Part shown: piece by piece, positions 27,669-38,076 of the stretch
Position numbering within the stretch: the first letter of the stretch is position 1
Layout of the letters: every line of letters begins with the position of its first letter
Source: Armatimonadota bacterium
GTDB taxonomy: Bacteria; Armatimonadota; Fimbriimonadia; Fimbriimonadales; GBS-DC
DNA length: 53,951 nucleotides
Assembly (NCBI GenBank): GCA_037442385.1
Contig: JBBIQJ010000001.1
Location: 1 to 53,951 of the forward strand
Reading direction: 5' to 3'
Program-made: the position numbers and the translations under genes
Notes under the pieces: model-generated
Told to the model about the DNA's origin: nothing
The model's database searches: none
The model's input: only the letters and a program-made list of their open reading frames with translations

Positions 27669-28747
27669 AGGTACTGCTCGCTGATGTGATCAGTTGCGAA
27701 CTGGTGAAGCCAATCGGAAGGAACCTCCTTTCGATGGCCCTGTAAGGTTTGCTCGATTGCTTGTGCCAGAGCATCTACATCGTCTACAGGCACTAGGTGC
27801 CCGTACCGACCACCATCCAGTATCTCTTCAGGACCACTGAGGCAGTTGGTGCTAACAACAGGACAACCACACGCCATCGCCTGAATCAGGGCGTTGGGCA
27901 ATCCTTCTCGGCGTGAGGAAAGCACAAACACGCTCGCACGGCGCATATATTTGAACGGGTTTTTCTCGAAGCCCGGCATCCAAACCCATTCCCCCAGGTT
28001 CAGAGAGTCCACCAGCTTCTCCAGAGAAGCACGCTCTTCGCCTTCTCCTAAAATTACCAGCCGTGCATCCTGCCCCGCGCGTACCTGGGCGAAGGCGCGT
28101 ATAAGCGTATCGAATCCCTTGTCCCATATCAAACGCCCGACGCTCAACGCAACGGGAACCAGCGGCTGAGTAAACCATGGATGCATCACCCGTTCCAGAC
28201 TTTTTTGGTAGAGCGTTTCGTCGATGACAGGGTTATAAATAACCTTAATTTTTGGCTCAGCGTGAGGGATAATCTGTAGGATGTCTTTTTGAACACCTCG
28301 CGAGGGCGCCACGATAACATCAGCTTTTGGATAAAGATAACGAATCACTTGAAAATCCAACCGCTGTTTGTGGGTACGAAGCTGCTTCAACACTACAGTA
28401 GGCGTAGTGGCTTCTCGAACCACCAGCCGTGCGTGGCTGCGCGCGAGCGACCGAGCAATCGCTGCCCAACCGTTGATGCGTGTTACCGTGGAGAGGATTG
28501 CGTTGGGCTTGGCATGTCGTAAATAGCGTGCGAAGCGCAATCCACCCACCATGAGGCGAGAGGCATGAAGATCTATCTTTTCCACAGAGGGATGTAGTTC
28601 GTCGGCGTAAGTGTGGTGGGGAAAGACAAGAACCATAGAGACTGCATGCCCTCTTTGAGCAAAACTATTCGCCAGTGTTACCATCACACGCTCCGCCCCG
28701 CCGCCTGAAAGGCTATTCAAAAAGAAAACTATCTTCCCACCAGCCAT
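27650..28747 (-). CDS. Glycosyltransferase family 4
   Basis: Start chosen at ATG 28747 (MAGGKIVFFLNSLSGGGAERV). The C-terminal motif is SRREGLPNALIQAMACGCPVVSTN. The longer ORF to 28912 would overlap the divergent epimerase gene. Confidence 0.8.
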   Translation of the reverse strand: MAGGKIVFFLNSLSGGGAERVMVTLANSFAQRGHAVSMVLVFPHHTYADELHPSVEKIDLHASRLMVGGLRFARYLRHAKPNAILSTVTRINGWAAIARSLARSHARLVVREATTPTVVLKQLRTHKQRLDFQVIRYLYPKADVIVAPSRGVQKDILQIIPHAEPKIKVIYNPVIDETLYQKSLERVMHPWFTQPLVPVALSVGRLIWDKGFDTLIRAFAQVRAGQDARLVILGEGEERASLEKLVDSLNLGEWVWMPGFEKNPFKYMRRASVFVLSSRREGLPNALIQAMACGCPVVSTNCLSGPEEILDGGRYGHLVPVDDVDALAQAIEQTLQGHRKEVPSDWLHQFATDHISEQYLQVLLD

Positions 28748-28754
28748 CGTGAAG

Positions 28755-28760
28755 ATTATA
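28755..28760 (-). promoter_or_regulatory. -10 box (AGGTATAAT) 7 nt upstream of ATG 28747
   Basis: The minus strand reads aggTATAATcttcacgATG with no SD, which suggests a leaderless mRNA. Confidence 0.4.
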
Positions 28761-28761
28761 C

Positions 28762-28790
28762 CTGCATGGCTCCCTGCTCTATGGTATAAT
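28762..28790 (+). promoter_or_regulatory. Extended -10 promoter (TGgTATAAT) for the epimerase/dehydrogenase pair
   Basis: TATAAT at 28785..28790 is preceded by TGG, with a weak -35 (CTGCAT at 28762..28767). GAGG lies 6 nt upstream of ATG 28812. Confidence 0.4.
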
Positions 28791-28811
28791 CCTCCATGAG
28801 CGAGGTCTGCG

Positions 28812-29783
28812 ATGCGAATCTTTCTCACAGGCTGTGCCGGATTTATTGGCGCGAAGACCGCTGAATTGCTACTCAAAGAGGGGCATGAGGTAATCGGGGT
28901 GGACAACCTCAACGACGCCTACGACCCGACCCTGAAGCGGTGGCGCCTTCAGCAGTTGCTACCCTACCCGAACTTCCACTTTGAGACGCTGGACATCAGC
29001 GCGTGGGAGCCGACCCGTGCGGTGTTCACGACGCATAGGCCCTACGATGCGGTCATCAATCTGGCGGCGCGGGCAGGCGTGCGCCAGAGTGTGGAGAACC
29101 CATGGGTCTACATCGCCACCAACACGACAGGGGCGTTGAACCTGCTGGAACTGTGCCGTCAACACGGTGTGCAAAAGTATGTGCTGGCGTCCACTTCCAG
29201 CCTCTATGGCAACAACGAGCGTCCTTTCCGTGAGGACCAGCCTACCGACCGCCCCCTCTCGCCCTATGCCTCTTCCAAAAAGGGCGCGGAGACGCTTTGC
29301 TACACTTATCATCACCTCTATGGGCTGGACATCACTGTGCTACGCTACTTCACGGTGTACGGTCCTGCGGGCAGACCCGATATGAGCATTTTCCGCTTCA
29401 TCCGCTGGATTGAGGAAGAAGAGCCGATTCAGCTCTTCGGCGATGGCTTGCAAGAGCGCGATTTTACCTATGTAGACGATATCGCACGGGGCACGGTCGC
29501 CGCGCTCAAGCCGCTGGGCTATGAGATTATCAACCTGGGGGGCGACCGCCCTGTGTCGCTCCGCTGGATTATCCAGAAACTCGAAGAGTATCTCGGCAAA
29601 CCGGCACGCTGGAACCAGCAACCGATGCACCCTGCCGATGTCAAAGCCACATGGGCGGACATCACGAAAGCCCGTACCTTGCTCGGCTGGGAACCCCAGG
29701 TCAGTGTGGAAGAAGGTCTTAAACGGTCTGTAGAATGGTATCTGGAGAACCGAAGTTGGGCGAAGGAGATTGCGTTGCCATGA
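28812..29783 (+). CDS. NAD-dependent nucleotide-sugar epimerase (UDP-glucuronate 4-epimerase-like SDR)
   Basis: 323 aa with ILTGCAGFIGAKT...VDNLNDAYDPTLKRWRL and the SDR catalytic YASSK motif. Confidence 0.8.
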   Translation: MRIFLTGCAGFIGAKTAELLLKEGHEVIGVDNLNDAYDPTLKRWRLQQLLPYPNFHFETLDISAWEPTRAVFTTHRPYDAVINLAARAGVRQSVENPWVYIATNTTGALNLLELCRQHGVQKYVLASTSSLYGNNERPFREDQPTDRPLSPYASSKKGAETLCYTYHHLYGLDITVLRYFTVYGPAGRPDMSIFRFIRWIEEEEPIQLFGDGLQERDFTYVDDIARGTVAALKPLGYEIINLGGDRPVSLRWIIQKLEEYLGKPARWNQQPMHPADVKATWADITKARTLLGWEPQVSVEEGLKRSVEWYLENRSWAKEIALP

Positions 29784-31070
29784 AAGCGCCTGAAACCGTT
29801 GCGATTGTAGGATTGGGCTATGTGGGGCTGCCGCTGGCAGTCGGTTTTGCGAAACATCTGCGCACGATTGGCTACGATGTGAACCCGGAGCGCGTGGCGG
29901 AGCTGCAGCAGGGGTACGACCGCAACGGTGAAACCCCCGAACACGAACTGCGCCAGCCGCACCTGGTATTCACCAGCGACCCCAGTATACTCCGCGAGGC
30001 GGATGTAATTATTATCACCGTGCCTACCCCTGTCGACAAAGCCAAGCGTCCCGATTTAAGACCGCTGCTGAGCGCCAGCCGCACCGTAGGGCAACACATG
30101 AAGCGCGGTGCGATTGTGGTGTACGAATCCACGGTCTACCCCGGCTGCACGGAAGAGGACAGCGTGCCCGTGCTGGAAGAGGCGTCGGGCATGAAATGCG
30201 GTGTGGATTTCAAAGTGGGCTACTCGCCAGAGCGCATTAACCCCGGCGACCCTGAACACACGCTGGAAACGATTGTCAAAGTCGTCGCAGGGCAGGATGA
30301 AGCCACCACAGAGCTGCTGGCGAGCCTGTATGGGCTGGTGGTGAAGGCGGGGATTCACAAAGCGCCAGATATTCGCACTGCGGAAGCCGCCAAAGTGATT
30401 GAGAACACCCAGCGCGACCTGAATATCGCCCTGATGAACGAATTGGCGCTCTTGTTCCATCGGCTGGGGCTGAACACGCGCGATGTGCTCTCTGCGGCGC
30501 GTACCAAGTGGAACTTCCTGCCTTTTGAGCCAGGGCTGGTGGGTGGGCACTGTATCCCCGTCGACCCCTACTACCTCACGCACAAAGCGCAAGAGATTGG
30601 CTTCCATCCCGAAGTGATCCTGGCAGGACGCCGCGTGAATGACCAGATGGGGACGTATGTCGCTTCGGAAACCGTGAAGTTGCTGATTCACGCGGGGCGC
30701 AGTGTGCAGGGCGCGAAGGTGCTGGTGCTTGGGGTGGCGTTCAAAGAGAATGTGCCCGATGTACGCGACACGCGCGTCAAGGAGCTGATTGAAGAGCTAC
30801 AGAGTTTCGGGTGTGATGTGGAAGCGCATGACCCGCTGGTATTGGTCAGCGACCGCGCTCGCTTCAAGGCGCGCTTTGTGGAGAACCCCTTCGAAACGCG
30901 CGACGGAATCTATGAGGCGGTTGTGCTGGCAGTGCCCCACAGGGTTTTTTGCGAACGCCCGCTGGAAGACTATCTGCGGCTGTTACGCCCCAGCGGGCAG
31001 GGCGTGTTTATGGATGTTAAAGGCGTCTATCTGGAAGCGTTCCGTGGCATCCAGCCCCCACCACCAGTGC

Positions 31071-31087
<17 letters not shown>
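29780..31087 (+). CDS. Nucleotide-sugar 6-dehydrogenase (UDP-glucose/GDP-mannose dehydrogenase family, TviB/WbpO/CapL-like)
   Basis: Start at ATG 29780 overlaps the upstream stop (ATGA), with AAGGAG at 29763..29768. IVGLGYVGLPLAV and the catalytic GGHCIPVDP motif are present. Confidence 0.85.
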
Positions 31088-32376
<1,289 letters not shown>

Positions 32377-32404
32377 CCCCCTCTCAGGTACAATTCCATC
32401 ACCC

Positions 32405-33814
32405 ATGAGCTATATCAGCCTGTACCGCAAGTATCGCGCCCAGGACTTTGACGAGCTGTTGGGTCAGGAGCATGTTACCGTGACTCTGCGGAACGCGATT
32501 GCGCAGGGCAAGTGGGCGCATGCGTATCTTTTCTGCGGTCCGCGCGGGACAGGCAAGACTTCTACCGCACGGCTGCTCGCCAAAGCGCTCAACTGCGAGC
32601 AGGGGCCTACACCGAACCCGTGTAATCAGTGCCGATTTTGCACTGCCATTCAGGCGGGCACGCTGGTGGATGTGGTGGAGATGGACGCCGCCTCCGAGAC
32701 CAGCATTGAGGATGTGCGCACCTCGATTATTGAGAACGCGAAGTATCCCCCGATGGAGGCGCGCTACAAAATCTATATCATCGACGAGGTGCATGACCTT
32801 TCGGCGAAGGCGTTTGATGCGTTGCTGAAGACGATTGAGGAGCCGCCGCCCCATGTGGTGTTCGTGCTGGCGACCACCGAGTTCCATCGCGTGCCGCCCA
32901 CGATACGCTCGCGGTGCCAGCGGTTTGACTTTCATCGCGGTTCGATTGCCGATATTGCCCGTCGTCTGGAGCAGGTGGTGCGCGCCGAGGGGCTGGAGGC
33001 GGAGCCTGCCGCGCTGAATTTGATCGCTCGCTTTGCCGACGGCTCGTGGCGCGACGCGCTCACTGCGCTGGAGCAGGTGATTGCCTTCAGTGAAGCGGGC
33101 AAGATTCGGGTGGAGACAGTCTACCACGCGCTGGGGGTGCTGGAAGACGAAACGCTGTTCCAGCTGACCGACGCGCTGATTGAAGGCGATGCCGCGAAGG
33201 TGCTGGAGGTGCTGGACGCTCAGTTGTTGCTGGGGCGCGAACCGCGCGTGTTCGCCGAATCGCTGATTCAGCACTGGCGTGCGCTGATCCAGGCAGGCGT
33301 TCACGGACAGGATCAGGCGGGCTATTATGACCCCACGCTGTGGAGTGCGATGATCGAGCAGGCGCGCCGCGCAGGGATTCCCCGATTGCTCGGCTGGTGG
33401 GAGAAGATGGCAGGCGCTCTGACCGAGATGCGCGCCTCAGGCTCGCCCCGCGCGATTCTGGAGCTGACCCTTCTGATGTTCGCGATTCCTCCGCAGGCTC
33501 CTGCGCCCGCCGCAAGCGCCACGCCTGTTCAGAGCGCAGGGCCGCGCGAGGAGGGACCCCCCCCACACCACGCCCCGTCGCTCCTGCGCCATCAGAGACG
33601 CCCCCCGCACCACGCCCCGTCGCTCCTGCGCCATCAGAGACGCCCTCTCCACAACCCGCCAGCGCACCCGCGCCCGCTCCTCCAGGCGCGGCGCCTGTTG
33701 CGGGCGACGACCCCAACGCACGCTGGCAACAAGCCAAAGCTGCCATCACCCAGAACAGCCCCAACCTGGAGCGCTACCTCGCTGGCTCCACCGTGCGTGT
33801 GGAAAATGGGGTGA
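32405..33814 (+). CDS. dnaX: DNA polymerase III subunit gamma/tau (zero-frame reading; loses sense after the C8 run at 33557..33564)
   Basis: Start at ATG 32405 (MSYISLYRKYRAQDFDELLGQEHV), Walker A GPRGTGKTS, the zinc module CNQCRFC and the SRC motif. After ...PREEGPPP the zero frame becomes an R/H/P-rich nonsense tail. Confidence 0.85.
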   Translation: MSYISLYRKYRAQDFDELLGQEHVTVTLRNAIAQGKWAHAYLFCGPRGTGKTSTARLLAKALNCEQGPTPNPCNQCRFCTAIQAGTLVDVVEMDAASETSIEDVRTSIIENAKYPPMEARYKIYIIDEVHDLSAKAFDALLKTIEEPPPHVVFVLATTEFHRVPPTIRSRCQRFDFHRGSIADIARRLEQVVRAEGLEAEPAALNLIARFADGSWRDALTALEQVIAFSEAGKIRVETVYHALGVLEDETLFQLTDALIEGDAAKVLEVLDAQLLLGREPRVFAESLIQHWRALIQAGVHGQDQAGYYDPTLWSAMIEQARRAGIPRLLGWWEKMAGALTEMRASGSPRAILELTLLMFAIPPQAPAPAASATPVQSAGPREEGPPPHHAPSLLRHQRRPPHHAPSLLRHQRRPLHNPPAHPRPLLQARRLLRATTPTHAGNKPKLPSPRTAPTWSATSLAPPCVWKMG

Positions 33815-34068
33815 TTTACCTCACCCTTCGCACTCGATTGGGCTACAACTTTTTCACGAGAAACCCGAAGAATCATCAGGCAATCATCCGCAAAGTGCAG
33901 GATGCCGTTGGCATGAACGCTCATGTGGAGATCGAACTGGATGAGTCTGCCGTGCCCGCTCCCGCAACGGAGCCACCGCCTACGGCGACGCCCCCCGAAC
34001 TCGCAGGCGAAGAGCTGGTAGAGGCGCTCAAAAAGACACTTGGCGCCTATCCCGTGGATGACGAATAA
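33556..34068 (+). CDS. dnaX: dnaX C-terminal (tau-like) portion encoded in the -1 frame
   Basis: The -1 frame reads TPPTPRPVAPAPSETP... as a Pro-rich linker, then a sensible globular tail (WQQAKAAITQNSPNLERYLAGSTVRVENGVIYLTL...HVEIEL). Confidence 0.6.
   Translation, partial: TPPTPRPVAPAPSETPPAPRPVAPAPSETPSPQPASAPAPAPPGAAPVAGDDPNARWQQAKAAITQNSPNLERYLAGSTVRVENGVIYLTLRTRLGYNFFTRNPKNHQAIIRKVQDAVGMNAHVEIELDESAVPAPATEPPPTATPPELAGEELVEALKKTLGAYPVDDE
33566..33644 (+). repeat. 42-nt tandem direct repeat (about 1.9 copies) inside the dnaX linker
   Basis: The 37-nt core caccacgccccgtcgctcctgcgccatcagagacgcc is exact at 33566..33602 and 33608..33644. It encodes PRPVAPAPSETP twice in the -1 frame. Confidence 0.85.
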
Positions 34069-34138
34069 AAATTCCCCGCAAAATTTGCAGGAATCCCCCA
34101 CAGTGTGTGGTATTCTCTCTAAACGGAGAACGCAACCA

Positions 34139-34432
34139 ATGACACACAAGCGATTGGGTGCAATAGCGTCTCGCCTCTGCCTGTGGGGGAGCGTCCTGCT
34201 TTTGGGCTGGAAGCTCCTGCCTCAGAGCGCGCATATCTACGGTTTGTGGGGGCGGACGCGCGCAGAGGTACGCCAGCTGGAGGCGGATCGGGCGGCGCTC
34301 CAGCAGGAGCAGCGGGCTTTGCGCGCGCAACTTCAGCGCCTCTCCACCCCGCTGGGCAAAGAGGCGCTGGCGCGCGAACGCGGCTGGCTCATGCCCGGCG
34401 AAAAGCCTTTACAGATTCATCTGAACGAGTGA
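34139..34432 (+). CDS. ftsB: Septum formation initiator (FtsB/DivIC family)
   Basis: Start at ATG 34139. One TM helix, then a coiled coil (EVRQLEADRAALQQEQRALRAQLQRL), then LARERGWLMPGE, typical of the family. Confidence 0.65.
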   Translation: MTHKRLGAIASRLCLWGSVLLLGWKLLPQSAHIYGLWGRTRAEVRQLEADRAALQQEQRALRAQLQRLSTPLGKEALARERGWLMPGEKPLQIHLNE

Positions 34433-34439
34433 ATCGTGC

Positions 34440-35747
34440 CTAATCCTGAAGCGTGCCCGACAAATACTGGTCGTAGGCGGTCAGATCCAGCAAGCCGTGT
34501 CCACAGAGGTTGAAGAGGATAACCTTCTTCTCGCCTCGCGCTTTGCACTCCAGCGCGAGGTCAATCACCGCCTTGATGGCATGTGTCGGCTCCGGGGCAG
34601 GCACAATCCCCATCGTGCGCGCGAACAGCACTCCCGCTTCAAAGACCTGCGTTTGGTGGTAGGCGCGCGCCTCAATCAGCCCCAGTTCCAGTGCGTGCGA
34701 GACCAGCGGCGCCATCCCGTGATAGCGCAGTCCACCCGCGTGAATACGCGGCGGCATAAACTCGTGCCCCAGTGTGTGCATCTTCAGCAGGGGCGTCTTA
34801 CCCGCTGTGTCGCCAAAGTCGTAGCGGTACTCGCCTTTGGTCAGGGAAGGACAGGATGCTGGCTCCACGGCAATAATCCGATACGGCTTCCCCTCGGTAA
34901 TCTTTTTGCGCAGGAACGGGAACACCAGCCCCGCGAAGTTGCTACCGCCGCCTGTGCAACCCACCAGAATATCGGGTTCCTCGCCTGCCATCTCCATCTG
35001 TTTGATGGCTTCCTGCCCGATAACAGTCTGATGGAGCAGCACATGGTTCAGCACACTGCCCAGCGCGTAGCGGGTATCTTCGTGGGTGAGTGTGTCTTCC
35101 AGCGCCTCGCTGATGGCAATCCCCAGACTGCCCGGACAGTCGGGGTCTTGCGCCAGAATCTGGCGCCCGTATTCAGTCTGCTCGCTGGGGCTGGGGTACA
35201 CAATTGCGCCCCATGTGTTCATCAGAACTTTGCGGAACGGTTTCTGTTCATAGCTAACCCGTACCATATAGACGGTACACTCCAGCCCGAACAGCTGGCA
35301 CGCCATCGCCAGCGCGCTACCCCACTGTCCTGCGCCCGTCTCTGTGGCTAAGCGCCGAATCCCCTGTTGTTTATTGTAATAGGCCTGCGGTACGGCTGTG
35401 TTGGGTTTATGGCTTCCTGCGGGGCTGACCCCTTCAAACTTGAAGTAGATATGGGCCGGGGTATCCAGAGCCTGCTCCAGCCGCCGCGCCCGAAACAGCG
35501 GCGTGGGACGCCAGAGCGCATAAATCTGGCGCACAGGTTCGGGAATCTCTATCCAGCGTTCGGTACTGACCTCCTGCATCACCAGCGTCTCGGGGAAAAT
35601 GCGCATCAGGGGCGTCGGGTCGTCAAACGGCTGACCTGTCGCGGGGTTCAAGGGCGGTGGGGGTGGGGTGGGCAAATCAGCAACCAGATTGTACCAGTGC
35701 GTTGGAATCTCCTCTTGTGTCAGGTGATAAACCCATCGTTCCGTCAT
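34440..35747 (-). CDS. trpB2: TrpB-like PLP-dependent enzyme (tryptophan synthase beta, TrpB2 type)
   Basis: 435 aa with the N-terminus [15 protein letters not shown] and the PLP-lysine region GSHKPN, characteristic of TrpB2. A TATAAT and GGAGG lie upstream. Confidence 0.85.
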   Translation of the reverse strand: MTERWVYHLTQEEIPTHWYNLVADLPTPPPPPLNPATGQPFDDPTPLMRIFPETLVMQEVSTERWIEIPEPVRQIYALWRPTPLFRARRLEQALDTPAHIYFKFEGVSPAGSHKPNTAVPQAYYNKQQGIRRLATETGAGQWGSALAMACQLFGLECTVYMVRVSYEQKPFRKVLMNTWGAIVYPSPSEQTEYGRQILAQDPDCPGSLGIAISEALEDTLTHEDTRYALGSVLNHVLLHQTVIGQEAIKQMEMAGEEPDILVGCTGGGSNFAGLVFPFLRKKITEGKPYRIIAVEPASCPSLTKGEYRYDFGDTAGKTPLLKMHTLGHEFMPPRIHAGGLRYHGMAPLVSHALELGLIEARAYHQTQVFEAGVLFARTMGIVPAPEPTHAIKAVIDLALECKARGEKKVILFNLCGHGLLDLTAYDQYLSGTLQD

Positions 35748-35837
35748 CGCTGACCTCCAACCCCCTAATTATACTGCACGCTTCATGGATGGAATCGGTG
35801 TATAATAAGGCTGTTGCCGAAACGGAGGGAATAAACG

Positions 35838-36683
35838 ATGCGAACGTTGTTCTGGAGTCTCGGACTGGCTTTCGGTATGAATATGGCGTTTCCCCAGGCG
35901 CTTCTGGACACAGGCTTTGAACCCCCCGAATTTTCGCTGGGGAACTTGACGGGGCAAAGTGGCTGGCAGGCGTTCCATCTTGCGACGCCGAACACAGCCA
36001 TCGTCTCTGATGCCCTCGCCTTTTCGGGGGCGCAGTCGGTGCGTGTGGCTCCTGTGGCAGGCGCATCCAGCAGCTGGTGGTGGAAACCGATTGGCTATAA
36101 CACGGGCGGGAGCGGCTACATCACGGTAATCTGGGATATGTATCTCGGCGCAAGCACGGTTCAAGCAGCCTACGGCGTGGATTGCTACGATCCGGACGCC
36201 CTGCGCATCGCGGCGATGCGCGTAAACAATTTGAATCGGGTACAACTGGTGCAGGATAATGGATTCACCACAACGATTATTGATACGGGCGTCGTCTACC
36301 CGCGCAACACATGGGCGCGGTTCAAGCTGGAGCTGAACTACAATACAGGGCGGTTCCGACTCATTATGAACAATCGAGAGCTGGGAAGCGCGAATCTCAA
36401 TTCGGCGGCGGACACCATCTTCGCCGATGCGGACCTCTGGGTTGTCAACATCCCAGGGAACGCCGACGACTTTGCTCATTACGACAACTTTCGCGTGATT
36501 GCCTCCAACACGCCTCTCCCTGACGCCGACATCACTGGCGACGGCTGTGTGGACGACGCCGATCTACTAACTGTCCTGTTTGCCTTCGGTACTACCGACC
36601 CGATTGCCGACCTGAACGGCGACGGGATTGTGGACGACGCCGACCTGCTGGAGGTGCTGTTCAGCTTCGGGCAGGGGTGTTAA
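35838..36683 (+). CDS. Secreted hypothetical protein with two C-terminal dockerin-like repeats
   Basis: 281 aa with a signal peptide (MRTLFWSLGLAFGMNMAFPQA). The C-terminus is DADITGDGCVDDADLLTVLFAFG...DLNGDGIVDDADLLEVLFSFG, paralogous to the tail of 7886..9274. Confidence 0.7.
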   Translation: MRTLFWSLGLAFGMNMAFPQALLDTGFEPPEFSLGNLTGQSGWQAFHLATPNTAIVSDALAFSGAQSVRVAPVAGASSSWWWKPIGYNTGGSGYITVIWDMYLGASTVQAAYGVDCYDPDALRIAAMRVNNLNRVQLVQDNGFTTTIIDTGVVYPRNTWARFKLELNYNTGRFRLIMNNRELGSANLNSAADTIFADADLWVVNIPGNADDFAHYDNFRVIASNTPLPDADITGDGCVDDADLLTVLFAFGTTDPIADLNGDGIVDDADLLEVLFSFGQGC

Positions 36684-36687
36684 GCAA

Positions 36688-38076
36688 GTGCTGGGGAAAC
36701 CGCGCGTTTCCAGCAGAGAGCCTCCAACCGTAGAGGAGTGCCTCAAGCAAGCGGAAAAGGCGGCAGCTAAGATACCGTCGGTCTTCTGGCGCGTCAGCAC
36801 GCATACGCGCCTTGCGGAAGTCTGGGCGCGCCTGCAGAATCTTCAGAACGCCCGCGCTCACTTACAGCAGGCTCTCGAGGCGTCTCTGAGCGAACCGCCT
36901 GCCGAGCGCGAGGCGCGTCAAGTCTTTCGGATAGCTGAGGTCGCGAAGACTTTTGAGGAAGAGGCGCGCTGGAAACAGATTCTCGCGCTCGCTTTTGAGA
37001 CGGTGGAGGCTGCCCCGGAGGACTTTCTCACCATCAATCTTGTCGTGAGATCGCTTGTGGAATGGAACCTGCTGGAGGAGGCGCTCCGCGCCTCTCGAAT
37101 CCTGTCAGATGAACGGGCGAAGGACAAGGCAACGCTACTATGCACTCTCGCAGGGGCATACTTCCAGCGTGGGGAAGCGGAGCAGGCCGAGTCTCTCCTC
37201 CAAGAGGCGGTTGAGTATCTGGGCGTCTTGCCGTGGGACGACGATGAGATTCGGGTCGCGCTGGCTCAAGCCTGGGCGGCAGGGGGACGCTGGAAACAGG
37301 CGGTTCTCTGGGCTGGCTTGATTGAGGAGCCGGACTATCGTGCGGAAGCATGGTGTGCGCTGGCGCAGGCGTATCACCAGGTGGGGAACACGGAAGGTGC
37401 AGCAAAGGCGCTGATAAACGCCCGAAACCACGCGTTGGAGGCAGAGAATGTATGGCTCTGCGCCCAGACTCTGGCGCAGGTAGCGCGCGCGTACGCATTA
37501 ATTGGGCTGACCGAACAGGCAGAAACGCTCTTTGCGGAATCGCTCGCCATTTGTGAGACGGAACCCGACCCAGAACAGCGCGATCGGACGCTGGATCAGA
37601 TTGCTGAATACGCTCTCGAGGCACGCCTGCCTCAGATTTCCTATCAGGCATGCCTTAAAAACCAAAACCCTGTCTACCGAACCTTCAACATCATCGATGT
37701 GCTTTCCTGCCTTGCCCCTGATTACGACGCCGACATGTACGCAGAGGCGTTGCGCTCGGCGAAGCGAGTTGACGGCGCATCGGGGCGCGCGGAAGCGCTC
37801 GCCAAGATTGGACGCCAGCTTGCCTGGGCGGGGCAATTTCAGCAAGCGTGGGATATTGTGCGCCTCCTTCCGCACGCTTACTGGCGCGGCGTGGGGCTGT
37901 TGGGCTATGCACGCGCCTGCGCCCACCACCAGCGCTGGGATTTAGCGATGAAGGCGCTGCACGAAATTGAGCGGATGCACATACCAGACCTCACAGCGAA
38001 CGCCTATCTCAACTTTGCGGAGGAGATACTGGAGGCAAAGGACAGCGACTCCAGACCGCTTGAGCCGAACGAGTGA
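36688..38076 (+). CDS. TPR/HEAT-like helical repeat hypothetical protein
   Basis: Long ORF (frame open from 36628). GTG 36688 is chosen as the start because it is the first start codon after the upstream stop; the start is uncertain. Repeated A/L/E/Q-rich helix pairs occur (AGAYFQRGEAEQAESLLQEAVEYL and others). Confidence 0.5.
   Translation: MLGKPRVSSREPPTVEECLKQAEKAAAKIPSVFWRVSTHTRLAEVWARLQNLQNARAHLQQALEASLSEPPAEREARQVFRIAEVAKTFEEEARWKQILALAFETVEAAPEDFLTINLVVRSLVEWNLLEEALRASRILSDERAKDKATLLCTLAGAYFQRGEAEQAESLLQEAVEYLGVLPWDDDEIRVALAQAWAAGGRWKQAVLWAGLIEEPDYRAEAWCALAQAYHQVGNTEGAAKALINARNHALEAENVWLCAQTLAQVARAYALIGLTEQAETLFAESLAICETEPDPEQRDRTLDQIAEYALEARLPQISYQACLKNQNPVYRTFNIIDVLSCLAPDYDADMYAEALRSAKRVDGASGRAEALAKIGRQLAWAGQFQQAWDIVRLLPHAYWRGVGLLGYARACAHHQRWDLAMKALHEIERMHIPDLTANAYLNFAEEILEAKDSDSRPLEPNE

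Noticed and set aside
28748-28912. Long N-terminal extensions of several ORFs: GT4 to 28912, dehydrogenase from 29735, dinG to 43160, fadN-like from 48226, dnaX from 32288, ftsB from 34040
   Set aside because: Each extension overlaps a neighbouring gene or promoter and lacks family-typical sequence. The internal ATGs have SD sites or -10 boxes and give canonical N-termini (MAGGKIVFF, MKAPETVAIVGLGYVG, MSATGF, MVNGN..., MSYISLYRKY, MTHKRLG).
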